From Octopus sinensis (Eukaryota): a DNA stretch of 64,000 bases. A program made the translations under genes and the position numbers. Position 1 is the stretch's first letter. Each line of letters opens with the position of its first letter. Location of the stretch: contig NC_043006.1 of NCBI RefSeq assembly GCF_006345805.1, forward strand, positions 88,722,001-88,786,000. The letters are read 5' to 3'. The notes under the pieces were generated by a model. The model had not been told where the DNA came from. It saw only the letters and a list, made by a program, of their open reading frames with translations, and did no database searches. Below, piece after piece: positions 1 to 13,639 of this stretch.

Positions 1-29
1 TGTGTAAATACATATACAGACACACGGAC

Positions 30-108
<79 letters not shown>

Positions 109-163
109 TGTGTGTATGTATGTATAATTTAACAAACACATATATTTCTATGAGCTAATAATA

Positions 164-1368
164 TCAGGTCATTCCATAAGTTCTGTCCGATTTTACCGTT
201 TTTAAAATTGAATAAAATTTAATAGTATTTTACAATGTCTAATGGAATTCAGAATTATTTTTATGCATCTGTATACATTTAAACCAATTAAATATTGTTT
301 TACAGAATAATAGAATTAAAATTTCTTTGATTAAAACCCTAACATGGAGTTTTCCAGAGAGCATTTGAGGCACATAATGCTTTATGAGTAAAAAAAAGGA
401 AACTCTGCAGCCGAAGCGACTCGAAACATACACTCAGTTTATGGGAGAGAATGCTTGAATGAAGAACTTGCAGAAGATGGTTTGCAAAATTCAGAAGTGG
501 AGATTTCAGCATTGAAGTTGAAGATCGAACAGGACGTCCAATTGAGTTTGATGATAAGCTCCTTGAGGCATTACTTGAAGAAAATCTTGCATTATCAGTT
601 GAAGGATTGGCAATAAAGCTTATTTCTAACCATACAACTCTTCATCGTCATCTTCAACATCTTGGAAAGGTTCCTAAACTTGGAAAATGGGTTCCTCATG
701 AATTGTCCGAAAGCAACCGCAAATCCCAAGTTGACATATGCTCGTCTCTCCATTCTCGCGAACTCATTTCACCCTTTTTGGATAGACTTGTGACTGGTAA
801 CGAAACATAGATCTTCTATCGAAATGTTAAACGTCGTAAAAATTGGCTTGGTAAAAATGAAACGCTCAAACACAACCGAGAAGGGAACTTCAGGGGAAAA
901 AGATTCTTCTCTCTTTCTGGTAGGATTGTAAAGGTGTAATTCACTTTGAATAGTTACCACCTAATGCAACAATCAATGCTCACGTGTAATGTCAGAAATT
1001 AGAGCGTTTGAACCAAGCTTTGGAGAAAAAAAGACCTGCTTTAGTGAATCGAAAAGGAGTGATGTTTTATCAGGACAATGCGTGACCGTACACTGCGAAG
1101 ATAAAATCACAGAAGATCGAAGAGCTTGGTTGGGAAAACATTCCTCATCCACCTTATTCTCCCGACCTTGCTCCTTCAAACTTCAGAGTTCTTCGCTTTG
1201 AAACCAAAAGAGTTTTACATTGATGGGATTAAAAAGCTTGTAAACAGATGGAAGGAAGTCATAGATAATCAGGGAAAGTACATTGATAATTAAATTTCAA
1301 TTAAATATAAAATTTGATTACTTGTTTTCTTTATTCAAAATTCGGACTGAAATTATGGGATGACCTGA
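164..1368 (+). mobile_element. Mariner (Mos1/SETMAR-like) DNA transposon, near full length, degenerate transposase
   Basis: About 30-bp TIRs (tcaggtcattccataagttctgtccga / tcggactgaaattatgggatgacctga) flanked by TA on both sides. Translated remnants: RRWFAKFRSGDF, GKWVPHEL, LVTGNET, HPPYSPDLAPSNF, with stops and frameshifts. Confidence 0.93.
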
Positions 1369-1939
1369 TAGTTTCATGTGATGAAAACATTTCAGACATT
1401 TCAATGAAAACATTTCAGTGATTGTTGACAGGTTATTGTATTTACAGGAATATGACCCTTGACGCACGCATACATATACATACAAACATATTGTCTTTTT
1501 ATATACACATTAACCATTTTCAGTTTTAGCGTTCACTATTCAACGGTTTTTTCTCCCATAAGCAATAGGGAAGCAAGCTATCTCTTTAACCCGGAGTAAA
1601 TTGGGGAAACCCCTGATGAGAAACAAGACCATGCTAGTTAAATTTCGAAATCAGATGTAAGGGTTTTATCAAACTACCTTATTTGGTGAGTCTATTTCGC
1701 CGAAGAAAGATGTTGTGGTTTGCCGCTCGCAGTCCTGTATACCTCATGAGATTGGTGATTTTGTGTGGATGGTTATATATATTTTTTTTTACACTTTATT
1801 TACATTTTTGCGATTTCTTCTGTTATCGGATTTATCAAAAATGGCTTAAATTTAGATTTCTTAAGAAATCGCTAAAAAATATAAATAAAATGTATATATA
1901 ATCACCCAACATTCTAACTGCCTTATTATTCTAAAGATA

Positions 1940-1946
1940 TATATAT

Positions 1947-2039
<93 letters not shown>

Positions 2040-2082
2040 CAGATAGATAGATACATACATACATACATACATACATACATAA

Positions 2083-2175
<93 letters not shown>

Positions 2176-2248
2176 CAGACTGAAAATTGTTTCAGGGTGA
2201 AATCTCACAGGAACAAATGCCATAAATCACGGCTGCAAAAGCGAGGAC

Positions 2249-2292
<44 letters not shown>

Positions 2293-2395
2293 TACATACG
2301 TACATATGTATGTTTGTATGTATGATTGTCTGTATATATGTATATATATGTATATGTATATATATGTATATGTATATAGCATCTACACATACACA
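1940..2395. repeat. (TAGA)n/(TACA)n and (TATG)n microsatellites
   Basis: Directly visible tandem tetranucleotide runs. Confidence 0.95.
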
Positions 2396-2959
2396 CACAG
2401 ATTGATTTCCTACACTTTCAGGGAATTACTATTCCCTGGCTGTGAAACAAATATTGAATGCTTCGTGCTTCTCTTCCATCTCCTTCACCTCCCAACTACC
2501 TAAAGACACCATCATCACAATTGAAGCAAAAATAATTATCAATTAGAAAGACAACGATGAAGTTATATAGTTTCAAATAACAAAAACTTTAGGAACTATT
2601 CACGAAAATCAGAAATCGAGATGGCAAACTGGTAGATTTTTCTGTGTCCTTTGGTAATTCTTATTCTTTATTCTATAATTTGAAGAGCTAGTTGTATGGC
2701 AACAGGTTCCAATTTCACACGCCAGCAATTAAAGGTTTCTAATAGCAGAGATGTTGGCAATGCTTTACTAATTATGTGCATCAATAAAGTCCAATCTTCC
2801 ATTTCAATAAAACGACTGGATTGAAATACTTCAATTTTATTTCCACCTCGTCGTAATTCGCCCACTGGTACTTAATAGTGAGTATGTAAGTGGGGTAAGT
2901 GTTTATAATTATGTATGCATAATAAGCATTCGCGCCTCTCAACCCTCCTCTTTATCACC

Positions 2960-3365
2960 ACTCCCATGCACACACACACATATGTATGTATACATGTTTT
3001 GAGTACTTGCATGTATATATATAAATGTGTGTGTATATATATATATATATATAATATATATATATGTATATATATACACAAACACACACATATGCATACT
3101 TACATATACTCATATAAAAAAGAATACATCTATAAATTTATATGTATAGATATATGTGTGTGCATGTACGCACATACGGACAAGTACACCCATACACAAA
3201 CACACTGCTTGTATCCATACATGCAAGAGGGTGTAAATACATATATATATATGCATGCATATGTATATGTATGTGTGTGTATGTGCGTATGTGTGTATGT
3301 ATGTATGTATGTATGTATGTATGTATGTATGTATGTATGTATGCATGCATGCATGTAAGTATGTA
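2960..3365. repeat. Compound (TA)/(TG)/(TATG) microsatellite
   Basis: Directly visible; explains the overlapping ORF-track entries. Confidence 0.9.
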
Positions 3366-3639
3366 TGATTAAGAAGTTCTCTTTACAATCACAAGGACCA
3401 GAGTTCACTTCTACTGAATTACATTTTGGGGGGAAAACTTCCTAAAGCCACGTCGGGGCTCCATACAATTTCAGTAAAATTAAGTAGAGGAAAATTGTGC
3501 GAAATGTTGTCGCGTTGGGGTTTTGTACCTGCAATCGAAATGGTACATCATTATGCCGTACTGTGTCTCACTGTTTACACTTAAGGATACACTTGATTCT
3601 ACAATGCTCAGCTGCCTACTCATTCACGAGTAATCTCTC

Positions 3640-3936
3640 TCCCTATATATGTGACCCCACTTCGGTCATGAATGACCATGAGCTTGCACCTAGGAAGTTC
3701 CCTTCCGAGGCAAAGACCGGTAAAGGTTGTTTATGGAAGACCCGCAGTGGCCCATGCATACCAGCCTTCCCTCTCCACGCCACCGATGTTATCCAGGCAA
3801 AAGTGAACAGCCGATAGAGCTTTGCATCAGTGAACTGGAGCAACGTGAAATAAAGTGTCTTGTTCAAGTGTGTGGGAATCGAACTCATTACCTTATGACT
3901 GTGAGCCCGACGCTCTAACCACTGAAACAGGCGCCT
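3640..3936 (-). mobile_element. tRNA-derived SINE
   Basis: Minus-strand head gcaggcgcctgtttcagtggttagagcgtcgggctc...gagttcgattccc with A- and B-box-like motifs. Body is similar to 14520-14790. Confidence 0.65.
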
Positions 3937-3979
3937 GCATATATATGTATGTGTGTGTATGTGTTTGTGTATGTGTATG

Positions 3980-4019
<40 letters not shown>

Positions 4020-4025
4020 TACATA

Positions 4026-4306
4026 TATCGGTATCTTTTGCCGAATCGCTAAGTTACGGGGACGTAAACACAGCAGCATCGGTTGTCAAGCAATGTTAGG
4101 AGGGACACATACAGACGCACAAACATATACACACACATATATACGACCGGCTTCTTTCAGTTTCCGTCCACCAAATCCACCCACAAGGCTTTGGTCGGCC
4201 CGAGGCTATAGTAGAAGACACTTGCTCAAAGTGCCACGCAGTGAGACTGAACCCGGAACCATGTGGTTGGTAAGCAAGCTACTTACCACACAGCTGTTCC
4301 TGCGCC
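4026..4306 (-). mobile_element. CORE-type tRNA-derived SINE (Octopus-like), 3' part missing
   Basis: Head ggcgcagg...ggttccgggttcag, then a CORE-like gcgtggcactttgagcaagtgtctt. Homologous to copies at 21317, 24185, 28774 and 55429. Confidence 0.85.
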
Positions 4307-4467
4307 TATATAACATCTTTGGGCAGTTGTTAATTACGCGTGTTGTTTTCCACATAAGAGTGATATAATCAACATTTGTGGTTGCATCTTGAGAGTTTAA
4401 GGGCTGATACAACTTATTTGCTGAATATTTTGTAGCTATATCCTAGGCTACACTTCATATTAGTATT

Positions 4468-4681
4468 GGTTTCAAATTTTGGCACCAAGCCAGTAATTTC
4501 TGGAGAGGGGATAAGTCATTTACATTTACTCCAGTGCCCGACTGGTACTTGTTTTATCGACACGGAAATGATGAAAGGCAAAGTCGACCTCGGCGGAATT
4601 TGAATTCGGAATGTAAATAAGGACGAAATACCGCTCAGCATTTATTGCCTAGCTTGCTAACGATTCTGCCAGCTGGCCGCC
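4468..4681 (-). mobile_element. Nin-domain-type tRNA-derived SINE
   Basis: Minus strand ggcggccagctggcagaatcgttagc...ttcaaattccgccgaggtcgactttgcctttcatc...gataaaacaagtaccag. About 10 related copies in the window. Confidence 0.8.
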
Positions 4682-4899
4682 GCACACTTCATACTAATAT
4701 TACCATGAACCTCAAGCTTATGACAAATATGCCTATGATAACCTTTTTGTCTTATATAGTTTCTCTTCCCAGACTTCATTAAGGTTCGCTAGTCCAGCAA
4801 TTCCGAAGTTGTATGGGATCTCATTCCTAAGAGAATACTTCTTGAGGAGTTTGCAATCGACCGGTAGGTTATTTTTTCTAATTTTTGTACGGTTTGTTC

Positions 4900-5480
4900 A
4901 GTTGTCAAACAATACTCAGTCTTATGCCTCATCTCATTCTTTTTCTTTCTGCGGATGTTTAAATGGTCTTCTATACGTGTCATGTTCTATGTGTGTTATT
5001 TAGTTTTATTCCTATATTTCTTACCAATGTGGAAAGAGTCAGTTTCTAACCTAGATACAAAGTTCCTGCATTGGAATTATAAACATCAACAAGGTATTTG
5101 TACATGTTTGCGTGTAAGCGTGCAATTTTTGGAGTCAGTTCATGTGCAGAGTCCAAAGCTTTCTTATAGACCAGTAATATTGAAACCGGGTTCCTTCTAT
5201 GCTACTGCACCTCTGGCACATCCCCAAACTCTCTTTTTCCCAACAACTTAACTGCTTAACTGCTTGCTTTGTTGCGATGATATTATTTTCATAATGTCTT
5301 GGAAGAATAGGTTTAAACAGGCTGCGTATATTTTATACATTAATCTTTTGGCATGCAATCCACCCGTAGTTCTTTGGCATGCGGGAGGTTCCGCTTTTAC
5401 AACGGTTTTGTCTGTCGGAGTTAACCAGTGTGGTATCCTACTATTCCCGTAGAGAGCTTGCTGGCACAGGTTGATGAGTT
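4900..5480 (-). pseudogene. Degenerate RT fragment of an R4/Dong-like non-LTR retrotransposon
   Basis: Frameshifted remnants IPHWLTP..., NYGWIACQ, MYKIYAACLNLF, GKKRVWGC, IRKALDSAHE, resembling RT motifs NYRPIxC and DYxKAFDSVPH. Confidence 0.6.
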
Positions 5481-5955
5481 TGTGTCTCTGTGTGTGTGCG
5501 TCTCTGACTTCTCATTTCACTGGTAACTAGTTGAATTCCATAATAGAAATTATGAACCCAAATACTACATGACAGAGGAATTTATAAAACACTCTAACGG
5601 TTTTACTTTTTCTATATACTTTAAAATTTAAAATATGGAAATTTTAGGCATATAGAGGAACTTCTACCTGAATCGAGACGACAACTGAATGACGCAGAGG
5701 ATGTCATTTTAACATTATCCATTGTCATTTGTATCAGAGTCAGGTTTACAAATTGTATATGTTTTATAAATTTTATGTATATGTTTCTTGCATTTGTTTA
5801 TTTTATTTTTAATTTGCATTTGTCGACAGACTTACATACGTCATAACTTACTTCTTTTTGATATTCTAATGTTGTTCCGCTTATATACATGCATATATAC
5901 ATAAATGCACACATTCATAAATGCATACATACATAAATTCCTACATACATAAATG

Positions 5956-5997
<42 letters not shown>

Positions 5998-6030
5998 GTT
6001 GAGTTGTGGGGTATCGCACGAGTGGGATTA

Positions 6031-6695
6031 TATAAGAAAAAAGGTTTGAAAATGCAATTTAAACGATGTTTATTTGCTTAACCGGTTTCACTCTTTGGTA
6101 AAAGATTGTCAAAAGTTACATTTAAGGAAACATTGAATAATATGGCTTCAAAAAAAGTTTTTTACATAATTGTCACATTGAATATTATGCATTCAAAAAA
6201 GTTTTTTACATAATTGTCACATTGGATATTATGAATGGATTTTTTATAAAAAATCCATTTTAATTTTTGCTGTCAAAAGGCTGTATATATATACCAAAGA
6301 TTGTATATATATACATGTAATGTGACAATTTGCGACAACCAATAATTAACGCAACCAATTCCCAATAATATATTTGTTTTATCCTTTTCTGCCAAATTTT
6401 CCCAAATATTCTCATCACACTATTGAACTTCTCTGTTACCAAACACTATATTTATACATGTAATGTGACAATTATGTATAAAAAAACATTTTTGAATTCA
6501 TAATATCCAATGTGACAATTATGTAAAAACCTTTTTTGAATGCATAATATTCAATGTGACAATTATGTAAAAAACTTTTTTTGAACCCATATTATTCAAT
6601 GTTTCCTTAAATGTAACTTTTGACAATCTTTTACTAAAGAGTGAAACCGGTTAAGTAAATAAACATCGTTTAAATTGCATTTTCAAACCTTTTTT

Positions 6696-6701
<6 letters not shown>
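6031..6701. repeat. Foldback structure: 206-bp inverted arms with internal ~43-bp subrepeats, set in (TA)n
   Basis: 6031-6236 is the near-perfect reverse complement of 6496-6701; spacer about 259 bp. Confidence 0.9.
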
Positions 6702-6734
<33 letters not shown>

Positions 6735-7183
6735 TATATATAAATATATATAGTGTGAGAATATAAATTCTTTTTATACACACATACTTCCTTTTCCACG
6801 TCATATTTCTCTGATTATATCACGTTCAGAGTTATGGAGATGAGATTACATTTCATGACCATAGCATTAAAATCTCAAACTTTTACAATCAACGAGTTTT
6901 AGTTTAGCAACATAAATGAAAGCGCAGGTCTACTGAATGGCAGACCGGAGATATTTAACGTTGAAAATTAGTTGGACGTTCTTCAATTCTTTTGTTCTTT
7001 TACTAAATCTAGTCATTCGACTGTGACCATGCTACGGCATCTCTTTCTCATGTTTATATTTTCGTTCATTTTAACTTCCTCTTTTCTTTGTGTTGCGCTT
7101 TCAATAGGCCATTTCGTCTAAAATAAATTCTCAGCTATTGCAGTGAAAACCAGGTTCGAATTGAAGACATGATATATTTGTAT

Positions 7184-7220
<37 letters not shown>

Positions 7221-7289
7221 TTTACATGTATATTATACTGTATGTATATATAATTAGTGGGAGGATGTGGTTTCGAACTTCTTTTTAAA

Positions 7290-10030
7290 GAGCCCCCTGA
7301 AAATTGTGGTTAGGATCACAAAACAATGATAAACTTTGTTTGCGATTTACCAAATAGGGGTAAATACTAATTTAATCAATTGGAAACCATCATAATGTAC
7401 GTAAATATATAGTACTTTAGCTTAGCATGTTTTTTTTTAATATGCTGAATCCAAAAATAGTATTAATTTTGCAATATGGCAGAAATCCAAGATGGCGGCC
7501 AAAATACACAATTTTTAACGAAATCAGTAGCTGTTACCAAGAATGTCATGTGATATGTCTTTATGTATGTTTTTGAGGTCATAGGGTACGAATTTGATGT
7601 GGAATAAACAGTTTGATAACAATTAATTAAGTAATTCATTTTTACAAAAGTAAGCGTTTCCCGAGTTCTGTGATTTATAAGATACAATAATACTTTTACA
7701 GTCATTATCGCTTCAGAACCTCACATCAAGTTATGCAATGCATGATTGAAATCAATAAGGCTGACGTCTGTTTTGCAACTCACATTATCCAAGTAAATTT
7801 TGAAATTTATTGCATATTGGTCCATTGATAATTTTTGATAATTTTGTTTAAGACAGAAAATGTCGCTGGTTTTTGCACAGAAAGGGCAGTGTCTCTGGCA
7901 TATCTGATTTCTAAATACAGCCTATTGACCTTTTCTTTATCTGTTATAACTGCCATAATATAGGCATCTATGTCAGCGCTGCTAGTAAACAGTCCATCAT
8001 GATTTTTCAAAATATTCAAGTCGGCAGTTCGTCGTCTATTCGCTGCAATGTTGGCGATTTCCTTCTCCAGTCCCTCCACTATTAACTGCTGCTGCTGGCT
8101 GTTATCCCATTCTTTTCTGACGTCAGGCACTCGCCCACATATTTGGTGAGTTTGGTATATTGCCTAAATGTCCTAGACTCTCGACGTTCAATCAGATCAG
8201 CTAACTTGGATTTAACTTGGGAAGAAGATTTAACTTGAGTTGCTTTGCCCCTCGATGACACAACACATAGTTGATAAATCCCACACTATGTTCTGAGTCG
8301 AGATAGTGAATAGGAACTTTCTCTAGTTCATGTTTGCCAGAGTATGGGGAGACTCTTTGATGGTGTTTCCAAAACCAAACAACACTCTTCTGGTTCTAGA
8401 AACCATCCGCTAACTTTAGAGGAATCCTCGACAGCACCTTCAACACTTCTGGCCTCAACTCAGTTGCAATAACTTCAATAACTTCTGCTAGAATCTGCTA
8501 GAAGATACGAAACTGAATATAGGAATATGTACATTTAGCAATCGGCTTGGATCCACTGTCACCATATTTTTTTTGAAAGCAGGTACAAGTTTTGAGTAGG
8601 TTGTACATGTCCAATTGGTGAGCGAAAGGAATGGTTCGACAAGGTGCAGCCCAATCAGAACTCCTGTGCACTACAACATTTTGAGGAAGTCCAGATCTAT
8701 GAAACATTGTACGATACAACCCAGTTGGTTTGTAACAGGCCTATATTTCGCCAAATACTATGCCACATCATCCAGGGGATACACACTTATTGCACAAGTA
8801 AAAATGAGACAGTTAAAGCGTTCATTCTTCAACGCAACGAAATTCTTAAGCCGTGATTGAATGTGCTTGTCGAACTCACCGGCTTTGTTCCATGACTTGT
8901 GAACAAAATCATGATAGATTAATCTTGTTATACAATCAAGAGCCTGTTCAGTGACACTGGATGAACTCGATGTTACATTTACAAGAAAACTCGAATAAAT
9001 TTTGTCTTGTCCAATTGCTTTCTCGATGCCATTCTACTGTTATTGCTCGACTGAACGTAAGTGAAAAGTGCACATTGCAAAACAGATGTTAAGGTATGTG
9101 TTCTGTGCCGAGATTTCTTCCTACGATCTCTACAGCTCTAACATTGCGTGATGTTTGGCCTGAGATAACAAAATCAATTTTATTCAAATAGTGTTTTAAG
9201 TGGGATATTACTTGATGCTTCTAGTAGCGAAAGTACAGTCATTTTCAACTCAGCCGGTCATTGCCTGATTGTGAGGTTACATGCAGAGTCGGAAGAAGTC
9301 TGTAACGATTATTAATAGCCAACCTCTGTTTTTTAGATCTATCATCAGAACAAGTAACAACTGACTTTTTATCAGAAGACATCTCTTTTAAGAGTTCGTC
9401 CAATGCCAAGAGTTCAATATTTTTAACAGCCACTTGAATGTTACAGAGTGCAAGTAAAGTGTCTAGATCGATGAAATCTGCTTGATCATGTGCCTTCCAT
9501 CTTTTACCGAACAGTTTATTACCCACTGTTACCAAAGCTTCTTCTGTTTGTTTCAGAGACATATGGTATGCACTAGGTTTTTTGAAAATGAGGATGGCTG
9601 GTGGAGCGTAAAAAATCAGCGTTTGGTTTATAACATTTTGTAAGATATTTCAAACGAAAGATTTGAACTTCTAGGCCTAGCAAACATATTAAATAACATA
9701 AATTAAGCCATCTATCCGACATACTGTGAAATCCGTCTATCTAAATAGTCATTTTGGCCATCATCTTGGATTTCAGCCATCTTGCGAAAGTGTTATTAGT
9801 TAGAATAAGCTTATTTTATATCAATATACTTATTAGTAAATTAAAGTTATAGTTTTACGTACTTTCATTCAAAGTCATGCATGATATATATTAAAATGCT
9901 ATTTTTCGCCATTTGGGTTCGGCTATCAACCTTCAAGGGGTATGTACAGGATATGTAAGTGCATTGAAATTGCGAAAATTTTGGCTTTGAGGTGATATTT
10001 GGACCCAACCACAACTTTTGAGGGAGTTCC
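7290..10030 (-). mobile_element. DNA transposon with long imperfect inverted ends and a degenerate DDE-type transposase (superfamily unassigned)
   Basis: Inverted repeat 7476-7505 / 9751-9780 (27/30 match), plus weaker outer similarity. Minus-strand coding remnants at 7807-9562 include VVTCSDDRSKK, KIDFVIS, HLFCNVH (CxxH) and RLYLEIRYARDT. Confidence 0.7.
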
Positions 10031-10111
10031 GTAAAATTAGCATCACTCGCCCTGATCGACGGCTAGCCACTAAGCTTTTTTTACTCTCTCTCTGTTTATT
10101 TTCTCGTGTTC

Positions 10112-10147
10112 CTTTCTGTTGAAGAGCGTAGGCTCGAAATGTAAAAG
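10112..10147 (+). ncRNA. Minimal type I hammerhead ribozyme-like motif (variant core CUGUUGA)
   Basis: cttt-CTGTTGA-A-GAGC(gtag)GCTC-GAAA-TG-TA-aaag: stems I and II pair; A6 and the stem III palindrome deviate. Confidence 0.5.
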
Positions 10148-10235
10148 ACTTTCTCACCTTCCTGAGCGTTAAGCTAATACAACTGTTTGTTGTTTACACA
10201 CCTCTCTTCGTCTTTTGTTTTTTGTAAATTCCAAT

Positions 10236-10269
<34 letters not shown>

Positions 10270-10279
10270 GTGTGTGTGT

Positions 10280-10341
<62 letters not shown>

Positions 10342-10442
10342 AGTATATATATGTATATATATATATGTATGTATATACATATATGTATGCATATATGTAT
10401 GTATATATAACGTAACGCACATATTATATATATATATATATG
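10236..10442. repeat. (TA)/(TG) microsatellite
   Basis: Directly visible. Confidence 0.9.
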
Positions 10443-10864
10443 TTTCATTTGTGGTGAATTTTCCTTCGAAGGAGAGGGAATCTATTCTAGGTTTAATTAT
10501 ATCACGTCAAAGAATATACATATATTAATTTTTATTCGTTCTTTTCCATTATTAGCACATAAAATAAAGTTCTCAAATTCTTGTTCTTTGTTTTAGCCTT
10601 GAATGCTCCAATTTCAACTTCCTTTTGGAATCTTCATAAATATTTCATCGACACCCACACGAGAATCATTTACATCTATAGTGAAGTCAAACTGGTAAAA
10701 ACAGTAACATTTTAAAGAGGGGAGGTTTCGTCCTGTATACTAGGTTTACAATGTACAGCTATATTGTTGGTACACAATTATATTGTATGCTAACAATTGC
10801 TAAAAGAAAACTCGCAAAATCTTCATAAAATACTTCAGAATATATCTTAAATCATAGAAGAAGC

Positions 10865-11110
10865 ATGCCTCTGAGCAAGTTATCCAACGCGGCCCTCTCC
10901 ATTAAAGGTGCCCTAGTGTCTGAGGAAATCAAGATAAGAGAAGCTAAACAGAAAGAGAAGTGTAAATGTCCAAGTTTAAACCACATCTGCCTAACTTGCA
11001 ACAAAATGTTTTGTTTCCGTTTTGGACTTATCAGCCACTTCCTAACACACTGTCGAAGTCCACAAATTCATGAATGATGTCATTGTCTCCATTCCGGCTA
11101 CGGACGAAGA
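10865..11110 (+). pseudogene. RTE-clade LINE 3' end remnant
   Basis: C2H2-like CLTCNKMFCFRFGLISHFLTH followed by cattgtctcc, as in the RTE copy at 31 kb. Confidence 0.5.
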
Positions 11111-11373
11111 AGATAAGGTTCTGTGCATATCTGTGTGTGTGTATGTGCGTGTTTGTGTGCGTTTGTTGTGTGCTCAATGATGTAAACATGTACTACACAT
11201 GCATGTATATGCGTATGGGTATGCTTGACGTTATATTTTTATTCTATATTCATCTACCATTATGCATTTTTTCCGGCGCGCTAATGATTCTGTCGCCTTA
11301 ACAACAGCAAAAACAACAATGGTAACAATAATCTCACCACTATTACTACTACTACAACTACTACATGTACAAA

Positions 11374-11488
<115 letters not shown>

Positions 11489-11759
11489 TAATATTTGGTG
11501 TCTCATTATCTGATGGGTTAAATCATAGGAAATATATGGATGCCATTAATCATGCCATGTTGCCCGCACCCTCAACCCTTCCCCTGCACTCAAACTCTTC
11601 TCTTTCTCTTCATTCTTTCACCACCACCACCAAAACCAGCCTCTGATTCCTATCTTTTTTATTGGTCTTTCCAACCCACTAGTTTTCATGATTCGCAACA
11701 ACAAATAAAGAGATATACACACATAACCCACACATTCATACACGCACACACAAATGTAT

Positions 11760-12180
<421 letters not shown>

Positions 12181-12516
12181 ATTCATAAACAGGATGCCAA
12201 CTTCAGAGTGAGATTTTAATTTTAGACATGATAATTACAACGTCGAAATATTCTTCTATTTCCTTCTCAATATCAACGGCTTTTTTTGTTTGTTTTCTAT
12301 TTGATTGCTTTAGTTTTGCAGTTTTTTAATGTATTTTAACTACTTGTACTTTGTTATTTTGCTGTTATGGTGTTGGTCGTAGTTTTTTTCTGATGATTTT
12401 GAAGTAACTCTTTCACTCTTTTTCTGGTTTCCATTGTTCGTCTGTGGTTCTCCTGAAACTCCACCCTCAAGATCATAGTCAATATATATAAGACTTCCTT
12501 ACTTGTGTGTGGGTTT

Positions 12517-12568
<52 letters not shown>

Positions 12569-12647
12569 GTGTGTGTGTGGTGGGGAATTTGTACACAGTA
12601 ATAGTAATAATGATCAAACAAATTGGTATTTTGAGTATTACTACGTA

Positions 12648-13545
12648 CGAAATGCAACCCAGAAGTTTTTAGACTTTTTCAGAAGCAGTTATAAATCTTA
12701 GATTATTGTAATTTTAGTACATCGTTATTCTGTAGCTAATAACCAGATCTACAAACCTTTGTTTCTCTAAATTCAAGGAGACAGCTATACCGGCACTCTT
12801 AACACAATCAACTACTAGTCGCAACTGACTAGTTTGCAGAATGTGAAGACAAATTGGAAGCAGAATGTGAAGATAATTTAGAAGCTCGCTTTGCAATAAA
12901 GTTTTGTGTTAAACTGAGCAAAAGCGCTACAGAAACTGCTGAAATGCTTCAGTCTGCTAATGGATTAATTTGAATAAGCCGAGCATCTGTTTTTCGCTGG
13001 CACAAGAGATTCAAGAACGTTCGGGAGGAGGTGAGGGACAATGAGAGGTGTGGGAGAGAGAAGGGCGTAAGTACATCAGAGATAGATGAGAAAATTCGAA
13101 ATTTTCTGCATGAAGACCGTCGTATATCTATAAAGACAATAACTATTCAGTTTGGAGTTGTTGCGGCAACTATATTCAGAATTATTCATGCAGATCTGTG
13201 CAAAGTCTGTTCTCCAAGGCACTCACTGACTGGCATCCGGGTCACCAACAACTTGATAGAGACGGTCATCAAATCTGCCCCCACTCGCACTGTAAAGTTC
13301 CTCTTTGCTCCCTGTGACTTTTGGTTGTTCCCTAAGTTCGAGAACAGAGGCAGTTCATTTTGAAGATATCGAGATGAAGGAGGTTGTGAAAAGAGTCCTA
13401 AACACCGTCACCTTTGAGGACTTCCAGGGAGCCTTAGCGATGCTGGAGTAGCACAAGTGCATTCGAGTTACAGGGTCCTACTTTGAAGGAAATTGAAATT
13501 AAATGTTTCTCCGGAAAAAGTCTAAAACTTCTGGAATGCACCTTA
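12648..13545 (+). mobile_element. Internally deleted mariner element
   Basis: TIRs cgaaatgcaacccagaagtttttagactttttc / gaaaaagtctaaaacttctggaatgcacctta with flanking TA. Remnants AIKFCVKL, SRASVFRWHKRFK and APCDFWLFPK; central catalytic region largely missing. Confidence 0.85.
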
Positions 13546-13639
13546 TATGCTTCCGTATTAAAATGTTTAGAACACTTTACATCATATATATATATACGCA
13601 CAAGTGTGTGTGTGTGTGTGTGTGTGGTGTGTGTGTGTG

